NCBI GenBank assembly: GCA_963707635.1
Contig: OY970173.1
Location: 992,001-1,056,000 of the forward strand
From: Candidatus Latescibacterota bacterium
Lineage (GTDB): Bacteria > Krumholzibacteriota > Krumholzibacteriia > WVZY01 > JAKEHA01
DNA: 64,000 nucleotides
Direction: 5' to 3'
Under the pieces are notes generated by a model. The model was not told the DNA's origin. It saw nothing but the letters and a program-made list of their open reading frames with translations, and did no database searches. Of the stretch, positions 56,906 through 64,000 are shown one piece after another; the stretch's first letter is position 1; each line of letters begins with the position of its first letter. The position numbers and the translations under genes were made by a program.

Positions 56906-59497
56906 ATGAACGTCGAGAAGTTTCTCAAGCACGTCGAGACGTCGGACTGGTACGACGGTCAGATTGTCCGGGTGGAACGCCTGCCGGAGCGCCCCGCGCG
57001 TTTTGCTCCGCTCGACCCGCCCGTGACCCCGCGCGTCGCGGCAGTGATCGGCGCGGACGGAATCGAGAAGCTCTACACCCACCAGGCCGAAGCGATCGCC
57101 CGCGCGCGCGCCGGCGAACACGTGGTGGTCGTCACCGGAACCGCGAGCGGTAAGACGCTGTGCTATAACGTGCCGGTGCTGGAGTCGATCCTCGACGACC
57201 CCGCCTCGTGCGCGCTCTATCTGTATCCGACCAAGGCGCTGGCGCAGGACCAGCTGCGCACGCTGACGCGCTATCTCGAAGCGGACGCGGCGCTGCCGCT
57301 GGTCTGCGGAACCTACGACGGTGACACGCCGCCCAACGCGCGCCGCAAGCTCAAGAACGACGCCAACGTGCTCCTCACCAACCCCGACATGCTGCACTCG
57401 GGGATTCTCCCCAATCATGGAACGTGGGCGCGCTTTCTCGCGAAACTCAAGTACGTGGTGGTCGACGAGGTCCACACCTACCGGGGGACGTTCGGCTCCA
57501 ACGTGGCCCACGTGCTCGGGCGGCTCAATCGCATCTGCGAGCACTACGGCGCGAGACCCACGTTCATCGGCAGCTCGGCGACGATTCGCAATCCCAAGGA
57601 ACTCGCGGAGAAGCTGACCGGCCGGCCCATGAGCGTGGTCGACAACGACGGCGCGCCGCGCGGCCCGAAGGCGTTCGTCATCTGGAACCCGCCGTTTTTC
57701 GGGGACGACCGGGTGGAGCGCAAGAGCGCCAACGTGGAAGCGGCGCGAATCCTCGCCGAACTGGTGGCGGGCGACCACCAGGCGATCACCTTCGTCCGCG
57801 CGCGCGTGGTGAGCGAGATCATCGCGCGCTACGCGCAGGAGTTCGTCTCGAAGGTGTCACCCTCGCGCGCGAAGCTGATCCGATCATACCGCGGCGGTTA
57901 CCTTCCCGAAGAGCGGCGCCAGATCGAGCGCGCGCTCTTCGCCGGCGACCTCAAGGGCGTGGTCAGCACCAACGCGCTGGAGCTGGGGATCGACATCGGC
58001 ACCATGGAAGCGGCGTTGCTGGTGGGGTACCCGGGTTCGATCGCGTCGACGTGGCAGCAGGCGGGCCGCGCGGGGCGCGGCGCCGAACCCTCGCTGGTGG
58101 TATTGCTCCCGTACGATTCGCCCATCGATCAGTACCTGGCGCGTCACCCCGACTATTTCTTCGGACGCTCGCCGGAAAACGCGGTCGTCGACCCGTTCAA
58201 CGCGCACATCGTGCTGTCGCACGTGCGCGCGGCGGCCTTCGAGCTGCCGGTGCGCAAGGAAGACTGGACGCAGTTCGGCGACGCGTGCGGCCCGATCCTG
58301 AAGTTGCTCGAAGAGGACCGGCAGGTGCGCCAGCAGGGCGGGCAGTTCTTCTGGAGCGGTCCCAATTACCCGAGCGCGGACGTGAGCCTGCGCAACATCG
58401 GCGACGACGTGTATACCATCATTATAGGAACGTCGGCGGCGATGGCGGCGGAAGGACTGAGCGCGCTGGTGAAGTCGTCGCGTGTGATCGGCACCATCGA
58501 CGAATCGGGCGCCTTCCAGCAGCTCCATCCGCAGGCGATCTACATCCACCACGGCGAGACCTACTTCGTCAACGAGCTGGACGTGCGCAAGAAGATCGCG
58601 TGGGTGCAGAAGGAGGACACCGACTACTACACCCAGTCGATCACCGAGACCAAGATCAAGATCGAGAAGGAGGAGCTGCACAAGAGCGCGGGTGGCGCTG
58701 AGACGGGGTCCCCGTCGAGCGAAGCCGACGGGGTGGCGAAGCGACAGGACCCGCGTAGCCGCGACCAAATGCGCGGAACCACGGCCGAGGTCTACTGGGG
58801 CGACCTCTCGGTCACGTCGGTGACGTACATGTTCAAGAAGATCAAGTTCGGCAGCCGCGATTCGCTCGGCTTCGGCGCGCTCGACCTTCCCGCCCAGACT
58901 CTCGACACCACCGGCATGTGGCTCCTGCCGCACCCGTCCGCCTACGTGCTCGCGAAAGCCTCCGGGCGCGTGCCGCGCGAGGGGCTCCTCGGCATTTCGA
59001 ACCTGATCCGTGAAGTGATCCCGCTCTACGCGATGTGCGACACCATGGACATCGGCGCGTCGGTGGATTCGTCGGCGGCGAACGCACCCGGGATTTTCGT
59101 GCACGATCGTTTTCCCGGCGGTCTGGGGTTCGCGCTCAAGGCCTACGAGCTGATCGACGAGATCCTGGCGGCGTGCGTCGAGCTGATCGACCACTGCGCG
59201 TGCCACGACGGTTGCCCGTCGTGCGTGGGCTCACCGCTCCCGCCGTATTCGCACCTCGACCCAGACGTCAACGCGCGCGGGCTGATCCCGGACAAGCAGG
59301 CGGCGAAGTCGATTCTCCACCACCTGCTGGGTCGCGACCCGTACCAGCCGTCCGTGCGGGCGAGCGCCGGGAGCGCGGAAGTGGCGCGGGAAGAGGAGGA
59401 GCTGCGCAAGCTCGTCGATGCGACGCAACTTCCGGTCACGCTCGAAAAGAAGCTGCGCCAGCGCGTTGACAGGCTGCGGCACCGGCGACCGTTCTAG
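56906..59497 (+). CDS. SF2 DEAH helicase with DUF1998 Zn domain (YprA/MrfA/SftH family)
   Basis: LYTHQ, TASGKT, PTKAL, DEVH, SAT, TNALELGIDIG, QQAGRAGR; CACHDGCPSC. Confidence 0.92.
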   Translation: MNVEKFLKHVETSDWYDGQIVRVERLPERPARFAPLDPPVTPRVAAVIGADGIEKLYTHQAEAIARARAGEHVVVVTGTASGKTLCYNVPVLESILDDPASCALYLYPTKALAQDQLRTLTRYLEADAALPLVCGTYDGDTPPNARRKLKNDANVLLTNPDMLHSGILPNHGTWARFLAKLKYVVVDEVHTYRGTFGSNVAHVLGRLNRICEHYGARPTFIGSSATIRNPKELAEKLTGRPMSVVDNDGAPRGPKAFVIWNPPFFGDDRVERKSANVEAARILAELVAGDHQAITFVRARVVSEIIARYAQEFVSKVSPSRAKLIRSYRGGYLPEERRQIERALFAGDLKGVVSTNALELGIDIGTMEAALLVGYPGSIASTWQQAGRAGRGAEPSLVVLLPYDSPIDQYLARHPDYFFGRSPENAVVDPFNAHIVLSHVRAAAFELPVRKEDWTQFGDACGPILKLLEEDRQVRQQGGQFFWSGPNYPSADVSLRNIGDDVYTIIIGTSAAMAAEGLSALVKSSRVIGTIDESGAFQQLHPQAIYIHHGETYFVNELDVRKKIAWVQKEDTDYYTQSITETKIKIEKEELHKSAGGAETGSPSSEADGVAKRQDPRSRDQMRGTTAEVYWGDLSVTSVTYMFKKIKFGSRDSLGFGALDLPAQTLDTTGMWLLPHPSAYVLAKASGRVPREGLLGISNLIREVIPLYAMCDTMDIGASVDSSAANAPGIFVHDRFPGGLGFALKAYELIDEILAACVELIDHCACHDGCPSCVGSPLPPYSHLDPDVNARGLIPDKQAAKSILHHLLGRDPYQPSVRASAGSAEVAREEEELRKLVDATQLPVTLEKKLRQRVDRLRHRRPF

Positions 59498-59584
59498 GGA
59501 TCCACCCACGAACAAAGCGTTACTTTAGTAGTGGAGGGGATGGTATTATATTCCCGGTGGGTGAAACGCAGGCCGGGAGGCTGC

Positions 59585-60980
59585 ATGAGCGTCAGAAGCA
59601 TCCTTCGTGACACAGCAGGCTGGGTTGGGCTGGTGCTGTGCGCCACCACCGGCTGCGAGCGCGATACATCCGGACTGGAACCGTTTCCGCTGTCCACCGA
59701 TCCGGTCGTTTTCACCGACCAGCTGGCCGAGGGAGTAGACTTTCAGGCTTTCATGAATTCCAAGTACGACGCGATCACCGTGGTGACCGACGAGAAGTAC
59801 AGCGGCACCGCATCCCTGAAGGTCGTCGTACCCGGACCGAACGATCCCACCGGCTGGTTCGCCGGAGGCGCGTTCACTTCCAGTGACTACCGGGATCTAT
59901 CCGGATACAACGCGGTGGTGTTCTACGCCAGGGCGGCCAAGAACGGAGTGACGCTCAACGTGGCCGGGCTGGGCAACGACAACACCGGGACCTCGAAGTT
60001 CGAGGCGAGCTCGGCCAACCTCCCCCTGACCACCACGTGGCAGCGGTACGTCGTCCCCATTCCCCTGCCGGAGAAACTCTCCTCCGAGCGGGGACTGCTC
60101 TACTTCGCGGAGGGCTTCGAGAACAACGAGGGCTACGAATTCTGGCTCGACGAAATCGCGTTCACGTATCTGGAGAGCATCACGAATCCGCGTCCGGCCA
60201 TCGTGACCAAGACGGTGGGCGCTTTCGCAGGCGCGACGGTCGACCCCGGCCAGGGGAGCACGACCTTCTCCATCGGGGGCACCGACCAGGTCGTCTCCCA
60301 TATGCCCGGATACTTCTCCTTCTTCTCGTCGGCCGACAGCGTGGTCGTCGTCTCGGACGGAGTGATCAGGGTCGTGGGCGAAGGTGAGGCCGACGTCACG
60401 GCCCGGCTCGGGAGCGTGGATGCCACCGGGACCATCACGGTACGGGGCAGCGCCGCGCCCGTCACGGCCGCGCCGAGGCCCACGGTTCCCGCGGCCAACG
60501 TCATTTCGCTCTTCAGCAACGCCTATGCAAATGTCCCGGTCGACACGTGGTGGGCGGAGTGGTCGCACAACTATTCGAGCTTCACGGACTACAAAGTGGC
60601 GGGCGACGACGTGAAGGCCTATACGAACCTGCAGTATGCCGGCATCGAGTTTGCGTCGCAGACGATCGACGCCACCTCGATGACCCATTTCCATGTCGAT
60701 GTCTGGGTGCCCGCCGGCACGATTCTCTTCCGGGTGAAACTCGTCGATTTCGGGGACGACGGTACTTACCAGGGCGCTCCTGACAGCGAGCGCGAGTTGA
60801 CGTATTCGATCTACGACCCTCGAGCCCCTGCTGACCGGAACCTGGTTCGGTCTGGAGATTCCGATTGAGAACTTCATGAACGGTCCCAACGGGTTGTTTC
60901 AGCGCGCGCATCTAGCGCAGCTGATCGTCTCCGGCACCGGGAATACGGCGTTCATCGACAATGTGTACTTCCACAATTAG
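59585..60980 (+). CDS. Glycan-binding lipoprotein (CBM-like and Ig-like domains); one frameshift near 60810-60820
   Basis: SD GGGAGG; lipobox TTG-C; shifted frame continues PLLTGTWFGLEIP..FIDNVYFHN-TAG 60978-60980. Confidence 0.72.
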
Positions 60981-61788
60981 AGCGTTGCCGGCGGTCGTAC
61001 TGCTCGTCGTCGCCGTGTGCGGTTCGGCCTGTCAGTCGGAGGATGATGCGGTGGCGTGGAATCTGGCCTGGGAGGATGAATTCAGCGGCCCGGCGAACCA
61101 GCTGCCCGATTCCACGAAGTGGCGCTTCGACGTCGGCGGCGACGGCTGGGGCAACAACCAGCTGGAATACGATACCGATCGTCCGGAGAACGTGTCGCTC
61201 GATGGCGCCGGACACCTTGCCATCACGGCGCGCAAGGAACTTTACCTGGGCAACGAGTACACGTCCGGGCGCATCAACACCCGCGGGTTCTTCAGCCAGG
61301 AGCGGGGAAAGTTCGAGGCCCGCATCCGCTTGCCGGTCGGGCAGGGCATCTGGCCCGCGTTCTGGCTGCTCGGCGGCAACTTCGAATCCGTGGGCTGGCC
61401 CCGGTGCGGCGAGATCGACATCATGGAGTATCGGGGACAGCAACCCGCGGTGCTGCACGGGAGTCTCCACGGACCCGGCTACTCCGGCGGATCTGCGCTG
61501 ACCAGCCGCTACACGCTGCCCGGCGGGCAGGCCTTCAACGATGGGTTCCACGTGTTCAGTGTCGAGTGGGACGAGAAGCTGATCGCCTGGTACATGGACG
61601 GTACGCGCTACCTGACCATCACGCCCGACGACCTGCCGGGAAGCTCGGCCTGGGTGTTCGACCACCCATTCTTCATCATCCTGAACGTGGCGGTGGGCGG
61701 AAATTTCGTGGGGCCGCCCAATGCCTCCACCACCTTCCCGCAGACGATGCTCGTCGATTGGGTCAGGGTTTACCGGCGCGGACCGTAG
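60961..61788 (+). CDS. GH16 beta-1,3-glucanase (laminarinase-like) lipoprotein
   Basis: WEDEF, WGNNQLE, GIWPAFWLL, EIDIME catalytic motif, FHVFSVEW, LNVAVGG. Confidence 0.92.
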   Translation: MCTSTIRALPAVVLLVVAVCGSACQSEDDAVAWNLAWEDEFSGPANQLPDSTKWRFDVGGDGWGNNQLEYDTDRPENVSLDGAGHLAITARKELYLGNEYTSGRINTRGFFSQERGKFEARIRLPVGQGIWPAFWLLGGNFESVGWPRCGEIDIMEYRGQQPAVLHGSLHGPGYSGGSALTSRYTLPGGQAFNDGFHVFSVEWDEKLIAWYMDGTRYLTITPDDLPGSSAWVFDHPFFIILNVAVGGNFVGPPNASTTFPQTMLVDWVRVYRRGP

Positions 61789-61790
61789 CC

Positions 61791-63464
61791 ATGGGCGTGC
61801 GCTTGCGGCCGGGCGCGTATGTTCTCGCGGTGCTCGCCGCGACGGCGGTGTGCACGCGCGACCGCCTCGAAACGACCGAAGGTGTGCTGGTGGTCTCGCA
61901 GGAGCAGCAGGCGTCCTGGGTCCGGAACTTCAATCCACTGACCACCGCCACCGCCGCGCGCTGGCCGACCCTGGCCGGAGTGTACGAGCCGCTCTTCGTC
62001 TTCGACAGCATCAAGGCCTCCTATATCCCGTGGCTCGGCGTCGCGCACGAATGGCGCGAGGGGAACCGGGTGCTGCGCATCACCACCCGCGCGGACGTGC
62101 GCTGGTCGGACGGGCATCCCTTCCGCGCGCGCGACGTGGCCTTCACCTTCGAGTTGATGAAGCGGTACCCCGCGCTCGACCGGCGCGGGACGTGGGGCTT
62201 TCTCTCCGGCGTGCGCGCGCTGGACGACCACACCGTCGAGTTCCGGTTCAAGCGCGTGTTCATCCCGGGGTTCGACGAAGTGGCGGCCCAGCAGATCGTG
62301 CCGGAGCATATCTGGAGTTCGGTGGCCGACCCGGTTGCCTACCCCAACGAGACGCCCGTGGCGACGGGCCCCTTCACCGAAGTCCGCGTATTCCGCAACC
62401 AGATATACGAGCTCGGGCGCAATCCAAGATACTGGCAGAAGGGCCTTCCGCGCTTCGACGCCATCCGTTTTCTCGCCTACCCGTCCAACGACCGCGCCAA
62501 CCTGGCGCTGGTCTTCGACGAGGTGGACTGGGCGGGCAATTTCATCCCCGCGGTCGACCGGGTTTTCGTCGCTCGCGACGCCCGGCATCACCACTACTGG
62601 TTTCCGCTCACGGGGAGCAGCATCTTCCTGTACGCCAACACGGAGCGCGCGCCGTTCGACGACGTGCGGGTTCGCAAGGCGCTGAGCATGGCCATCGATC
62701 GCGAACTTCTGGTCGACGTGGCGCTGTACCGTTACTCGCGCCCCGCGGACGCAACCGGCTTGAGCGACGCGTACTCCGCGTGGCGAAATGCGGACATCGC
62801 CGCGGCCGCCGACTGGGTGAGGCTCGACGTCGAAAGAGCCAATGCGCTCCTGGACGAGGCAGGGCTCCAGCGCGGAGCGGACGGCGTGCGCCGGCTGCCG
62901 GACGGGCGGCCGTTGGAGTACGAGATCCTCACCGTATCCGGGTGGTCGGACTGGGTGCGTGCGTCGCAGGTGATCGCGCGCGGCCTTCGCCTCGTCGGCG
63001 TCCACGCCTCGGTGCGCACCTACGACTTCAGCGCGTGGTTCCAGCGCGTGCAGGAAGGCGACTTCGACCTGAGCCTCGGCTGGTCTTTCGAAGGCCCCAC
63101 GCCGTACCTGTTCTACCGGTGGCTGATGTCCTCCGCCACGGTGAGTCCGATCGGGGTGGCATCGATGGGGAACTGGCACCGTTACGGCAGCGTCTCGGCC
63201 GACTCGGTGCTCGCCGCGTTCGAGCGGGAACCGGACCCGGCGGCGCAGCAGCGGCTGGGCGACGCGCTCCAGCGCATCTTCGTCGACGAAGCGCCGGCCA
63301 TCCCGCTCTACCCCAATCCGTCGTGGGCCGAGTACAATACCGCGCGCTTCGCCGGGTTTCCGTCGGCGGAGAATCCGTACGCGGACCCGTCGCCCAACAA
63401 GTTCGATCGCGGCGAAACGCTGCTGGTGCTGACGACGCTCGCGCCGCACCGGGAGGTGGAGTGA
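61791..63464 (+). CDS. ABC transporter solute-binding protein family 5 (OppA-like, probably oligosaccharide-binding)
   Basis: RNFNP, YEPL, RWSDG.PF.A.DV.FT, TGPF, NP.YW, GWSDW. Confidence 0.88.
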   Translation: MGVRLRPGAYVLAVLAATAVCTRDRLETTEGVLVVSQEQQASWVRNFNPLTTATAARWPTLAGVYEPLFVFDSIKASYIPWLGVAHEWREGNRVLRITTRADVRWSDGHPFRARDVAFTFELMKRYPALDRRGTWGFLSGVRALDDHTVEFRFKRVFIPGFDEVAAQQIVPEHIWSSVADPVAYPNETPVATGPFTEVRVFRNQIYELGRNPRYWQKGLPRFDAIRFLAYPSNDRANLALVFDEVDWAGNFIPAVDRVFVARDARHHHYWFPLTGSSIFLYANTERAPFDDVRVRKALSMAIDRELLVDVALYRYSRPADATGLSDAYSAWRNADIAAAADWVRLDVERANALLDEAGLQRGADGVRRLPDGRPLEYEILTVSGWSDWVRASQVIARGLRLVGVHASVRTYDFSAWFQRVQEGDFDLSLGWSFEGPTPYLFYRWLMSSATVSPIGVASMGNWHRYGSVSADSVLAAFEREPDPAAQQRLGDALQRIFVDEAPAIPLYPNPSWAEYNTARFAGFPSAENPYADPSPNKFDRGETLLVLTTLAPHREVE

Positions 63465-63465
63465 G

Positions 63466-64000
63466 TTGCGCTACATTCTGCGGCGCCTCGGCTTCTACCT
63501 GCTCGCCGCCTGGGTGGCCGTGACGCTCAATTTCTTCCTGCCGCGACTGATGCCGGGCGATCCCGCGACGGCGCTGTTCGCCCGCTTCCGCGGCCGGCTC
63601 ACGCCCGAGGCCATGCAGGCCCTGCGCGAAACCTTCGGGCTCACCGACGCACCGCTCTTCAGCCAGTACCTCACCTATCTCGGCAACGCGCTGCGCGGGG
63701 ACCTCGGCATTTCGGTCGCGTACTTTCCCGCTCCCGTGTCCGACGTGCTGGCCCTGGGGTTCGTGTGGACCCTGTTCCTCGCCGGTACGGCGGTGATCGT
63801 GAGCTTCTGCATCGGTACCATGCTCGGCATCGTGGCCGCATGGTGGCGGCGAGGGTGGATCGACACGTGGCTTCCGTCGACGCTCGTCTTCCTCGGCGCG
63901 TTCCCGTACTTCTGGCTGGCGATGGTGCTCCTCTTCGTCTTCGGGTTCACGCTCGGCTGGTTTCCGCTCGGTCACGCGTACGGCGACGATCTCACGCCCG
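63466..64000 (+). CDS. ABC transporter permease (OppB/DppB-like), 3' truncated by window edge
   Basis: TTG 63466: LRYILRRLGFYL..NFFLPRLMPGDP..QYL.YL....RGDLG.S..PYFWLA. Confidence 0.88.
   Translation, partial: MRYILRRLGFYLLAAWVAVTLNFFLPRLMPGDPATALFARFRGRLTPEAMQALRETFGLTDAPLFSQYLTYLGNALRGDLGISVAYFPAPVSDVLALGFVWTLFLAGTAVIVSFCIGTMLGIVAAWWRRGWIDTWLPSTLVFLGAFPYFWLAMVLLFVFGFTLGWFPLGHAYGDDLTP

Noticed and set aside
59512..59527. LacI-type operator (AAAGCGTTACTTT) upstream of the glucan locus
   Set aside because: Only a weak partial palindrome, and no regulator gene is in view.
1276..63523. Many long antisense and alternate-frame ORFs (e.g. 1276..4032-, 6045..7997-, 26126..28414+, 37334..39424-)
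   Set aside because: They are shadows of real genes in high-GC DNA, Arg/Ala/Pro-rich, with no recognisable motifs.

Overview
GC-rich bacterial chromosomal segment. Gene content (PorX/PorY-like two-component pair, FlgD/Por-like C-terminal domains, 'TWGxIKxLYR' C-terminal tails) suggests an FCB-affiliated candidate phylum such as Krumholzibacteriota/Latescibacterota; this is inference only. 1-22 kb is mostly housekeeping: flippase, WecA-like transferase, HemC-like protein, serS, PorY/PorX-like pair, tsaE-tsaB-rimI, nucleoside phosphorylase, accD-folC, ROK kinase, LptA-LptD-like fusion, HU and a CBS/CGL pair. 22-36 kb holds small regulators, TPR proteins, an ABC exporter pair and small accessory genes. 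36.7-47 kb is a tandem array of four Ser/Thr kinases. It is followed by selD, M23/M14 peptidases, MrfB/MrfA-like repair genes and a GH16/ABC beta-glucan locus. The main highlight, missed by the ORF track, is two genes read through an in-frame UGA, each with a SECIS-like hairpin whose loop starts 19 nt downstream. One is SelD (CAGU). The other is a secreted protein fusing a degenerate UshA-like metallophosphoesterase fold carrying a C-G-U motif to a tetraheme c-type cytochrome. Also notable are an intact but apparently catalytically dead HemC, a shared short C-terminal putative sorting tail on secreted proteins, adjacent porY-porX, twin 15-bp-stem hairpins upstream of two zinc-finger genes, and several apparently leaderless genes. 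Clustered 1-nt insertions (kinases 1 and 4 and others) look like assembly errors. All family assignments are from motif recognition by eye; no database search was run.
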